Assembly (NCBI GenBank): GCA_028534125.1
Contig: CM052817.1
Location: 29,886,001-29,950,000 of the forward strand
Direction: 5' to 3'
Origin: Lama glama
Taxonomy: Eukaryota
DNA length: 64,000 nt
Positions 50,930 to 62,950 of this stretch are shown here, one piece after another. Position numbers and translations under genes: made by a program. Each line of letters opens with the position of its first letter. The first letter of the stretch is position 1. A model generated the notes under the pieces. It saw nothing but the letters and a program-made list of their open reading frames with translations. It was not told where the DNA came from and did not search any database.

Positions 50930-52060
50930 AAAAAAAAGGAATTTTAAAATTAAAAAATATATTTCTATATGAATATAAAAATATCTAAGAAACTACTTAA
51001 AAATCAACAAGAAAACAAACCCATTAAGAATAAACAAAGATTATGAACAACTAATTTACAATAAAAAAGAAATCCCAATGGCTAAACTATATGAAAAGAC
51101 AATTAACTCCTCTAGTCCTAGAAATGGCAAATTACGACCACAGTGATATGCCTTCAATCAGACTGGGAAACATGGATAAATATCAGGGGTTGTGTATTAT
51201 GTGATAAAATAGTAACCTGCATGCATTTCTCTTGGAATGAGAACTGGTACAACAATTTTGGAGAGTACTTTATTTAACATGACGTCATAAAATGTAATGA
51301 CGTGTATAGCATGACCCAAAAATTCCACTCCACATCCAAACACAAATGGGCTCAAAAGGGAATTTTACAGAATGCTTACTGCAACAGGAACAATTCAAAG
51401 CAATGAATAATATTTTTACACTAATATTGACTGACCTTTAAAATACAGCATCTTAATTTTTCATTAAGATATAGAAAAAGTATTTACAACACAATGCAAC
51501 ATATATAGAGGCAGCATACATAGAGATGGATTAAAACTTCTCGTTTCTGAAGCCAAATAATCTGAGTATGACTTCTTGTTAGTTGTGTAACCTAGGGCAA
51601 ATCACATAACCTCTCTGTGCTTCAGTTACCGAAAAATTGAGAAAATAATAGTACGTACCCTATGTAATTATCTTAAGGATTAAATGAGTCAATATATGAA
51701 AAACACTTTGAAGTGTGCTCCGCACATATTAAGACCTGAATAATTCTTAAAACTGTTTATTACTTACCTTAAAATATAATTAAAACATATACACATACTC
51801 ATCAGTATTACATATATTTGAAAAGATCTATCCATCTATTTCCCTGATAAATATAGGACAGTGAGAATCTAGTTAAATGCAGGATGGGTGTAAAATAAAA
51901 TAAAATGTAGGAAATAACTGAAATAAAATATAAAATATGAGAGAGGACTTGTAAAGATTGATGATGATAAAGTGCCATGAATGGAGAAGCATGTTGGGCT
52001 GAGCTATCCTCAGTTGAAATCTGAGCAAAACTAATCTGCTATTCAACTGTATTCAAGCTT
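50930..52060 (+). mobile_element. Old L1 (L1ME/MC-like) relic split by a MIR (~51510-51760)
   Basis: 'aaatcaacaagaaaacaaacccattaagaataaacaaagattatgaacaactaatttaca...catgacccaaaaattccactcc'. MIR 'gtgtaacctagggcaaatcacataacctctctgtgcttcagtt'. Confidence 0.75.
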
Positions 52061-54934
52061 TTCCAGGACAACTTGTCACACTTAGTTGGAATAAAATTTC
52101 TGCAAAAATCCTTACAAGCAAAATCCACATTTGATTTTGTATCTAGGGAATAATATCCTAAAACCTTTTAGGAAATAATATAAAGACTCTTCATCAAAAT
52201 TCAATGTTCCTCAGTCTCACTACAACAATCTATACACAGGAAACTTCTGTCTGTAAAATAAATTGTTTCCTGATTTGTAGAAAGGAAAAGAGAAATTGAG
52301 TTTGCCCTGCTAGAGTGGAAGCATCTACTACTTTTTAATAGCTTTAACCTTAGCAACAATAAACAGATCTCAATTATGATCTGTTGAGTTAGTGAAAAGA
52401 TATTATAAGCAGAGATATTCACCCGTCTCTCACTGGTGGATTTTACTTGCGTATTTAAGACCTTATTCTCTCCTAGGGATCTCATGGTCATTATTTGACG
52501 AATAAGAAACCGAATCGTGATGCTTTATGGTGTCTGTCTCTCCACGCCTGTGCTGAGTTGCCCAATTAATGAGGCCTGACAGATGCAGATATAGTCCCTT
52601 TCTGTCCCCAGGCCAGTGACAATGACCCTGGTAACATATTAGAAGCCCTTGGATACAATGGATAGAGTCAGCACTTTGTTTTCTGTTTTAAGCCCATTAT
52701 CTGAAATGGATAAAGTGAGGCCCCAGGCCTGAATGGAATTGCTCCCCATTTTCTCCTCTCTGCCAAGTGTAAAAAGACAGAGTGACAAGATTTCTGCAAT
52801 AGCATTTAGATTATACCCTCATTTCATCCTGAACTTGTTGGAAGCTGTAACAACTTGTTAAATCCTCAGAAGTATCTTCTCCACGTTTGACAAGACCCTA
52901 CTCACTGTGACCTCAATGGAACTTAATCTTGTGCCCTCCCTCTTTGTACATAAAGTCTGCTGTGGTGGGTACCACCTCCCAGACCAGTGCCCTTAGATAC
53001 TTTGTGGGTATGAATCAGACCAAAGCTTCTTTATTCTAGATCTGTGGGTGCAGTATTCTAGGTCTAGGTCCTCTCAATTCCTTATATTTTGATCATATCA
53101 ATTCCCAAGCCTCCCCCCTCCCTCTGTCTTCCTGCTTGAGTCCCATACGGACTTGTGATTGGAAATCTGCATGCTAATGTGATAAATTATCTGCTAAATG
53201 TGTTTACTGAAGTTTTCTTTTCAATTATCAAAGATTAACAACCCCAACGGAAATCTGATTGTTCATTAAAACAGAACATATGCCAATCAATACATTTGTC
53301 TTGATTTGTAACTATATTAAGCAGCACTTTATTCCCTAATGGGAATAATTATTGTCCCCAGTATTTGAAGGAGATAAAACTTAAAAGTCTTTCCATTAAA
53401 AATTAGTTCAGTAATATATAATAATAAAATGTTTTGTACTGTATAGAATATGTCAACATTACAATATTTTTATCTCATCTTACTCTTCCTATGCATTCAT
53501 TAAAACTTCTAAAAAGTGATTTTGAAATTTCCTCACTGCATAAATCTGACTCAGTAATTAAATCTACCACAGTGCCTTCAGTATGTATATCAGTTACTAG
53601 TTATGGAATGATAGCAAGGATGAGTGTACAGTAATAAGTTTTTTGGGTGTTGAAACATTATATCTTAGGATCAAAAGAAGCATTAAAGACATATTTTTCT
53701 TTCTTTCACAATAGATAGTAGCACCACTTACCACTAAGGATTGCTAGGAGAGTTAAATTTGACATGTGGTAAGTGCTTAAAACATGTTACATATGATTAT
53801 CAATATATACTACGGTGCTATATAATATGTAAGATAAAATATTCAGCACAGTTTTATATTAAAATATGACAGCAAAGGGAGTGTAATGTGTTGTTAACTC
53901 ATCATTCAGGAATGATGTGTTTGCTATTTGATAATGGTAGGGGAGAAGCTGGCCAACCTAAACATTCTATCTGTGAATACACTGTTCAGGGCTTTAGAGT
54001 TGACATTTCAGAATAAGATCCCCCTCTGATATCTCCTGTGGTGGACATTACCCCTGGTCATAAAACACAATGCCCATCACATCATGCTATGGAGGAAAAT
54101 AGCATATTGTTTCCCATGTTGGAGTGTTTAATGCAGTTTGCCCTTTCTTTCAAAATCAAGGTCTGCATTTTCAGTAATCGGGATGGATTTTGCTTTGGTG
54201 TTTTTTTTTTTTCCCCCTTGCTTTTCTATTAGAGAGCTGTAAGTAGTATCTTTTGTATTGATGCTAGTTAAATAGTCTTTGTCTTGTGTACAAAAATTCA
54301 AGCTGGAAGGTTTATTTTATGCACTGGCTTGTTTAATGTGCATTGTAAATTATTCTGTCACCACATTATCTAATAAATCATATTGTTTGATGTTCACATG
54401 GTACTTGCTATCTTAAAATTACAAACAGGTAACTCATGAGAAGTCAGAGAATCCTATAAAATAGTACACCCAATGTTTATGAATGATGACATTTCAAAAT
54501 AATATATAGCTGATATTTTTGAATTTCATTCCAGAGAGCATAAAAGTCAAATGAGAGTTCAACAGGTTGTTTTGAACAAGTATAGCTTCACTTTATCAAA
54601 GCCAGATCTATTAAGTTGGAGTGCATGGTGAATCTAGAAGAGATTCTTTTGTTCATATTTCCAATCTGCTAAAAGATTCTTGATTTTTTACAGTAATTTA
54701 AAATATTGCAGACATCTGAATTCTTAGAAATTGCATACAGGATCTGGGACAAATCTAAAGAGCTCAAAATTGGGAACTTAAATATGCTAATGTACAACAA
54801 TCTAAATTGGTGGAACCACGTAGTTTATTACTTAAAAAAAGAGCTGTTTTCTGAATCACATCAAGAATAGTAAAAAAATGTAAAACAAAGTAAATTATTT
54901 TTCAAATAATCACGTTTTATGAATAATTTAGATC

Positions 54935-55170
54935 TTGAGACAGTATGATGTACAGCCAGAGAGCATAGGCCACATCACCTTGATTATCTTGGTGATAATT
55001 CTGACTTGCCAGTGCAAGTTATTTAACTTCGCTGTATGTTATATCTAAAGTAAGAATGATAACAGTACCCCGTGGGTGGGCTGTTGTGAGGATTAAGTGT
55101 GTTCATACAGGTAAACCACATGGAAGAGTGAGCATATGCAGTGACCACGCAAAATAATTCTTAATATCAG
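54935..55170 (+). mobile_element. MIR SINE
   Basis: 'gcaagttatttaacttcgctgt...aatgataacagtaccccgtgggtgggctgttgtgaggattaagtgtgttcatacaggtaaacca'. Confidence 0.8.
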
Positions 55171-56019
55171 AAGTCAGTATGAAGAATAAAGTAGGATGAA
55201 TATTCGCAACAAACATGAGACTATTTGATTATACTAATTTTTCTCATAGATCTACTAGAAATACGAATGTACACTCCCACCAGCATTATGCAAAACGTTA
55301 CACATTTAAGTTTCAAATATTCTTGTATTTTCCCATATGTACACTACTTTACTTTACTACACAGATATAAAAATTTTTAAATTTTTACAGTATATATTTT
55401 TTTGCTTACCAGTGAGGTTTTTCGCCTAAACAATATACATCCTCCTTTTTGACTCTGTGTCATTTCCCCATTTACTTTGTAAATATTTCATATTTTATAT
55501 ATTGAGCATATATGATTTATAAAATGAAAAACTTTATTTTAGAAAAAGATATTTCATAAACATTTAAGTTACTTTTAATTAAATAATCATAATTCTTTAA
55601 AATATAAAAAACATTTGAAATAAATTAATGCTACAGGAAAATTTTTGATCTCATTTTTAATCTGTATATTTATAATAATAAAAGAACATCAGAATATTAT
55701 GTCACTGATTAAAAAACACTTTGGATTCATTCTTGTAAGAGTCACAATGGATTTCATGTAAATATGTTAATTTTAAACTTAATTTTTTAATTATTTTATT
55801 TATGTTCAACTCATTTTATTGATCAAATTGTTGAAGTTCAGAATGTAAAGTGAGTGGCCTCAGGTAACTCAGCTCATAAACAGTAAAAGTGGAACCCTGG
55901 GGCATTCTGACACGAAATGTATGTGCCTTGCTTTATGCTACATGGAGTGCCCCTCTTCTCTTATTTGCAGAAATTAAAGGGACAAAGAACAGGTACAAAT
56001 ATCATACCAGTTTTGTTAT

Positions 56020-57330
56020 TTATTTAAGAAGCACTTATTAAGCTTAATTTGCATCAGATTATGTGATAAATACTGATATTGACAGAAATTGTAATTGACT
56101 GTAATTCAATTTTTTAAAAAAGAAGAGTAAATTATAATCCCTAAATCTACGAATCTTGAAGGTACTAGGGTAACAAACATACAAACAAATATGTAAAATA
56201 ATACCTTGGAAGTAAGTGACAAATATGTGTAGGAGAAGTCCTCTTGGACTTGGAAATGTGTGCTAAGTACAGAGAAAATACAGTGGAGACACAAAAGTGT
56301 CAATCTGGGAAGGCTTTATAGAGGTGGTGATCTGTGAATAGGATTTCATCAGATTGAGGGGGAAGTAGAGGAACAAAGTCACAAATCAAGCGGTGCTTGA
56401 GAGAAGCAGTAGGTAATTCTTTAAACTGGAACCACAGTGTGCTTAAGGGTAGTAAAAAGGGCTAGGAATATGAATAAACTCAGACTGTCATTATAGGATT
56501 GTAAGTGATTCAAGTGAAATTAAAATATATGGAATGGAGGAAAGAGTATCAGACTGAAAGGGGGGTAATTTGTTTCCAGTTTATTTTATAAGCAGATATC
56601 TTAAGTCCTTTGTATGCTGGACACTGGGCTAATTACATAACTTATAGCAATTAGCAAGAACAAATAAAAACCCTGCTCTGATGGAGCTCATAGTCTGCTG
56701 GATAAACATACAGTTTAAAAAAATCACAATGCATATTATAGTTGCTAAGCAGTATTTGGGAGAAGAGTGGGAGGTGGGGGCAGGGAACTAAGGCAGTACA
56801 CAGTAGATATTAGTGACATTTGAGTTCTGATCTGTAACCTCTAGGTGTTAAGACTTCAGTGGAAGGTGGAAGTTTCTGTAGAGTGAGAGATCAGCATTTA
56901 CAAGCCCCAAGGCCATGCAAGAACAAACATGCTGTGGTCAAAAAGGCAAGAGGACAGCCCTTGAGAAAAAGAGGTGAGAAGAGTTCAAGCTGGAAATCAG
57001 AAGTGGCCAGTCCTGGTTTCAATCCCCAGTACCTCTTCTAAAAATAAATAAACCTAATTACCTCCCCTCCACTAAAATGAAATAATTAAATAATACAATA
57101 AGAAGTGGCCAGATCTGTCACAGACTTGGGATGGAAATTAAGGGGTTAAAACAATGGGATGACTTAGAGATTTTATGGCACGAAGAATGCATTTTTTAAA
57201 AATAAATTCTCATAATGTGGAGAGTGGATTGCAAAAGGCAGATCTAAAGACAGTGAGACACTTAGGTAAGTGTGTAGCAAACAGAGGAAGAGAGAACATA
57301 TACTTGAGTCACTAAGGTCATAGGAGTAGG
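56020..57330 (-). mobile_element. Fragmented antisense L2 elements
   Basis: 'aatctgggaaggctttatagaggtggtgatctgtgaatagga', 'ccctgctctgatggagctcatagtct' and 'aatgtggagagtggattgcaaaaggcagatctaaagacagtgagaca'. Confidence 0.7.
57011..57100 (+). mobile_element. 5'-truncated camelid-type tRNA-derived SINE with a perfect 12-bp TSD
   Basis: B-box-like remnant 'tcctggtttcaatccccagtacctc', camelid SINE tail 'aaataaataaacctaattacctcccc' and an A-rich end. TSD AGAAGTGGCCAG at 56999-57010 and 57101-57112. Confidence 0.88.
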
Positions 57331-57339
57331 GAGACCAAT

Positions 57340-57420
57340 TTCACTTAACCTCTCTGAGCCTCAGGTTCATCTGTAGCAAATAAAGATGTTGGGCTAGATG
57401 GACTCAAGTGAGCTTTCTGA
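57340..57420 (+). mobile_element. MIR3/MIR core fragment
   Basis: 'tcacttaacctctctgagcctcaggttcatctgtagcaaataaagatgttgggctagatg'. Confidence 0.8.
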
Positions 57421-58639
57421 TAGAAAAGTGTGCCCAGAGTGTTTAGTTCATGTACTACAGTGAAAGGAGCATCCCGTCCCCGCATGGGCCCTCAGAGAGC
57501 AGTGCAGTAACGCTTTGACCTAACACGTAGCTCTGAGGGGCTAGGCTGCATGAGTTTGAAAGAGAAAGATAAAAAGCAGCCACAGGAGAAAGAAAGGAAA
57601 GCTAATAAAGTGAAATGTCTGCTGGGAACTGCTTCACACAGGCTTATTTGTGAGGGTTCCTGGGGGAAACAGACAAACCAGAGCGATGTGAAATTTTCAT
57701 CAGAAAGCCCCAAGCCACATGAAAACTGCCTCCTTCCAGGTTTGTGCACAAATTTCATACCAAAGGGATTTCATTCAGATTTGTGGAATATTTTCCCCTG
57801 AGCCCAGGAACCTTTCATCAAAGCAAAAACGGAAACCTGTTACCCTCTCTAGAGAGAGACGATGCTTCCTCCAGGTTGACTGTTCAGTTCCTTGCTCTGT
57901 GTGCTGGCACTTCAACAAGGAGTAGAGATGTAAGTGTAGGTGTTTGGCTTTCCTGTGCAACCACATGGAAATCAGAGAAAGGATTTTCAAAAGTAAATAT
58001 CTGAAGTAATATCCAGGTTCCTGCCATTTTTAGCGATAATGCAGGAAGGACTGGGTAGGAGCCCTCACCTGGCCTGCTCATTCTCACACACCTCTCTGAT
58101 TGAAAGAATTTATTCAGTCCTGGGATCTACTGGGCACCCCCTCCTGCTCCTTCTTGCTTCTTTCTTATTCTGTCTTGTTCTTACTTAATGGAATTAGGAT
58201 TACACGTGTAAATTATTAAGCTTCAAAGGCCCTTTAATAATCATATAATCCAACATCTTCATCTTACCTCTAAAGCAGCTAAGTTGTAAGTCTATGGCAT
58301 TCTCTGCCTTCTCCACACTGTCCAGGATTAGGACTGAATAAATAGGAAGAAGAGGCTACTTTTCACATCTCTCAATAATGAAAAAATCTCCATCCAGTGC
58401 ATCGGTCCTTCTGTTACCATGGAGGCATTATCTTTGCCACAAGTCTGAATTTAGTGTAAGGAAATACAATGGTATTTCTGTTTGTGAAATTTTCTAATTC
58501 ACGTATTAGTTTCTTCCTAAATTATAAAATACAATGTGCCTCGGTCTTCACAGAATTTTAGCTAGTGGTTAAGATGCAATGTTGAAGGTTAAATGCAACT
58601 GTTGAAAAGCATCAGGTTTTACAAACATTATAGGTAGTA

Positions 58640-58860
58640 TCAAACTCTTCATTCTCTGTGCTCTATAATGCTTCACTTTATTATCTTTCTATGGCTCCTC
58701 TGACACTGTTCACTCATATGTCTCATTACATGCCTGCCTTCTATTTATACTATAAGCATCTTGATGACAAAGACTGTGTATTCTTCATTTTTTTTTGTAT
58801 TCTAAACCTCTAAGATTATATCTAGCAAAAAGAAAGGGCTGAGTGAATAGTTGCAGACTG
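58640..58860 (+). mobile_element. L2 3' fragment
   Basis: 'tactataagcatcttgatgacaaagactgtgtattcttcatt...tgtattctaaacctctaag...gagtgaatagttg'. Confidence 0.7.
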
Positions 58861-60254
58861 GATACTTTTTTAAAAAAATCGGAGGTATTGTGTCACCTAT
58901 GTTAAATAAGTAGTATAAAATAATGCAAAAGTACATATGTCAATGAATTTATGTCAAAGTAACTTAACTTTAAAGCTTTTGTGTATATTGAGAGCTGAGA
59001 GAAATTTGAAAAAAATGACTTAAGCAATTTTTAACATGTTCCCAATTTATTTACATAAAATCAGGAAAGAAACAAAATTCTAAAAGAAGCAGGATCACTA
59101 ATATGTATAGTTTCTCATTTATTAAAGTTATATAGTTTTAAGAAATGTTGGCTTGAACTGGTTTATCATCTCTAACTAAAGAAATTATATGACTATTCAG
59201 GATGTGCAAAGGATTTCTGTACGTTTTTATTTGTATAAGCAAATAGTGAGCATCATCTTTAGCAATCATTGTATTACATGTGCCAACTTTAAAGTCTGCA
59301 TTTCCAAGTACTCTATTCATCCAAGTTTGAACTAAACTTCTCAACAAGAGGTAGATGTACAGTGAACACAGCTCTTAGACATACAGTAATGTTTGTCATA
59401 TTGTAATTTCAAGTCTTCTTACACTGAAAGCATTGCTGTTACATAAGGAAAAGCACATTTTTCAGGACTTCAGAGGCAGCAATTTATTTGTCTCCCAGAT
59501 TTGGTGTTAAAATGGGGCTTTTATAGGTGATTATTAATCCACTGGCTATTACTGCCTAACTAACACATATTGAATCATCACCTACAAGCTGTAAACTGGG
59601 GGCAGCAAAGAGCCCCATCAGCCAACTTTGGCTGAAGTTTCCTTTGGATCTTGCCAGAAAAATTTATCTTTGGATTTCTTCTTTTTCAAGGCAGCAAAGA
59701 AACTTTGTGTACAGTTTGGACATGTGAAAATATGTTCCATCTAGCTTTGCCCCTTCCTAAGGGCCACATTGATAAATTCAAGAACATACTTCTGTAGATA
59801 TACTCTAGAAGAACATTTCTTAAAATGCATTCTATGTAATTCCAGTTTGATTAGATTTCCCCTTTTCAAAATAGGAAAAGGATTTTGTGATCAAATAGTT
59901 TAAGGAAACTGCTTAGACAGGCTTCTTCATTGCTGGACTTCTCAGGAGCTTCAAAATTGTGCATCATCTGTCTCATGAAAGGAGATAGAAAATACAGTAT
60001 TTTCCAAACTTAATGACTACCAAATCTTTATTCAGCCTTAAAGCATCTTGTGAGAAGAGTGTTCTGTTAAAAACACTTATAAAAATCACATTCACGTTAA
60101 TGGGAACAGAAGTGAAAAGTATATTGAGTTCGAAAGTTAAGGGTTTCTTTAGGGAAAAAATGAATTCAAATGACAAAAAAATATATTTTATTCTTCTCTA
60201 TATCAAACCATGAAAGAAGGAAAACAATACACACTACACACACACGTACACCAT

Positions 60255-60440
60255 ATTTAGTCAGGCTAATCTAAGTTCAAGTCTTAACTCTGCCATTTAC
60301 CAACAACATGACCTGAACAGATAACTCTAGTACCAAAACTTTCAGTATCTCATTAAAAATAACTACCTCACAGGAGACTGCAGGAATTGAATGAAATAAT
60401 GTCTCAAGCATTGCCACTATTTAAGCACATGTTGACAATG
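60255..60440 (+). mobile_element. MIR SINE
   Basis: 'agttcaagtcttaactctgccatttaccaacaacatgacctgaacagataact...ctacctcacaggagactgcaggaattgaatgaaataatgt'. Confidence 0.8.
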
Positions 60441-61914
60441 GATTTTCTTTACTGACAGGGCTCCATTTTCTACCTTCATTCCCCTCCCTAGCCAGGAATT
60501 TTCCAAATAGTGGAATCAAGACATCCATGAAATCATTTATTATGTTTTCAAGATGCCTATGAATAAAATGTGCTCAGTGAAATTTTCTCATGGTAGAGAA
60601 AAATTAAAGAAGGAAGATTATATAAGCTTAGACTATTCAACTTTGTAATTAATTTTTGTAAGTTCAAAAATACTATTTTTGATAACCCCTTAGTACATAC
60701 ATATTCCTTCAGTACTTAACTTGGTTTGAAATGTCTACAATAATGGTAAAAATTGCCTAAAAGAAATAATGTATAAATTCTTTTCTCCAACTGTTATTTT
60801 CCTTGAAATATTAAAAGCATATTTGCATATGTGCACATTTATTACTATAAATATTGAGCTAACAATATTGTTGTAAATTGTCATATGAAAGTCATAACAG
60901 ATAGCCTGTGGCAATGGAAATTTAGCTTTGGGAAAATCCTCTGTGAAGCAACATCTTTGTGATCTTTGTTAACATTTACTTTATGTAATTATGTGCTCCT
61001 CTGTAAAATGTATAGATATTGAGGTATTGCTGATCACAACTCTCTTGGGTTATCATTTTAGAAGGTCTTGGCCATATGGCCCAAGAATATTCACAGTCAG
61101 TCATAGAACAGTGGCACTACGATTATTGAATTTTATGTGCTAGAATTTTATATAAAATATATTACTTATAATTATGCAACAAGTCTATAGTTTTCTTTTT
61201 TTTTCGTTTCAGATTTTAAAATATATTTTCTGGAAAATTCAAATTGAGAGGTTTTTAAACCTTATTTCTAGTGTGTTCCTTGAAATATAAGATAATTCCT
61301 AGTTAACTGTCTCTGACTCCAGTGCCATTTCCCCTTGAGTCACGTGTTGTTGTAATATCTAGTACTTTCATGTTAATCCTGCCTGCTTTGTGTTGTCTTG
61401 TTACTATTGTGTAATTGCACAGAGAATTCTAAAATGTCTCAATTCTTTCTCTAGTTGATGGTTTATCTTCTTTACATTTTCAACTTTGGTTACATGAGTT
61501 ATCTTTTTTCTTCTCTCTTGTTTCACAAGTGATTTTTCTTTTTTTACTTTTTAATTGTTTGCCTGTGTTTATCAATTCATGTTACATTTATCAATTTATA
61601 ATTTTTTTCTTTACTATTTTTCTTTTCTGGTTTTCCTGCATTTGTTGTATTGTTTTATTGAATTTTCAATCTATTTTTTATTGATACTGATAGCATTAAA
61701 TACTGCTCATTTACTGGATTAAATATATACTGCATCCCATACTTTTTTGAAAATGAATTTTGTACATTCATTGTATTGTAATCAAGGTATAATTACGACT
61801 CTTTTTCTTTTTTGAATTATTATTTCAAAGATTTTTTTCAAACAATAGTTATTAGCTTCCTTTTATGTGGTAACTATTTTGGCCCCTGACTATCTAACGT
61901 TTACAAAGTAGTGG

Positions 61915-62260
61915 ACAATCAATCAATCAATGAATAAACATGTGTGTGTATAATACTTTTTAAAGTTCCTGCTTGTAGTAAGTGCTACAGAGTGAATAAA
62001 TAAGACTCAGATCAATTAGATATAGAGAACAGAGAATGCCTCTTTTTACATTAAAATTAAGCTTAGAGCTACAATATAAGCAGGAGCCAACAAAGCAATT
62101 TAAAGGGGAAGGAATAGTCTAAGCAGAAATAATAAGTTATGCCAAGGTTCTGAGCTGTGAACACTTCAGGGTCTTTGAAATGGCACTGGACAAACTTGTA
62201 GAAGTTGGGAAGGCCAGAAACTGCAGGACTTTCTAGGAAATAAGTAACTGAATTAAGTCC
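61915..62260 (-). mobile_element. L2 fragment
   Basis: (AATC)n tail, then 'gcaggagccaacaaagcaatttaaaggggaaggaatagtctaagcagaaataataagttatgccaaggttctgag'. Confidence 0.65.
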
Positions 62261-62450
62261 TACCTCTTAATTGGTGGAAGGTAAAAAATCATATTGTTAA
62301 AAAAAAATGTATGTTGGGAAATGTTGTTGCAACCACTTCTGGAAAATGCAATCTACTATGCAACTGGTTCAGGAAATAATGGAACTCTGGAAATACGATT
62401 TGATTCATGTGCTTTCAAAGAGTCAGTCACATGTTTACTTCATTGAATGT

Positions 62451-62950
62451 NNNNNNNNNNNNNNNNNNNNNNNNNNNNNNNNNNNNNNNNNNNNNNNNNN
62501 NNNNNNNNNNNNNNNNNNNNNNNNNNNNNNNNNNNNNNNNNNNNNNNNNNNNNNNNNNNNNNNNNNNNNNNNNNNNNNNNNNNNNNNNNNNNNNNNNNNN
62601 NNNNNNNNNNNNNNNNNNNNNNNNNNNNNNNNNNNNNNNNNNNNNNNNNNNNNNNNNNNNNNNNNNNNNNNNNNNNNNNNNNNNNNNNNNNNNNNNNNNN
62701 NNNNNNNNNNNNNNNNNNNNNNNNNNNNNNNNNNNNNNNNNNNNNNNNNNNNNNNNNNNNNNNNNNNNNNNNNNNNNNNNNNNNNNNNNNNNNNNNNNNN
62801 NNNNNNNNNNNNNNNNNNNNNNNNNNNNNNNNNNNNNNNNNNNNNNNNNNNNNNNNNNNNNNNNNNNNNNNNNNNNNNNNNNNNNNNNNNNNNNNNNNNN
62901 NNNNNNNNNNNNNNNNNNNNNNNNNNNNNNNNNNNNNNNNNNNNNNNNNN
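62451..62950. other. Assembly gap (500 N)
   Basis: Run of exactly 500 N; the round size suggests an arbitrary scaffolding spacer. Confidence 0.99.

Noticed and set aside
57489..57539. Hairpin CCCTCAGAG...CTCTGAGGG as a pre-miRNA
   Set aside because: The stem is too short and the interior poorly paired; no recognisable miRNA.
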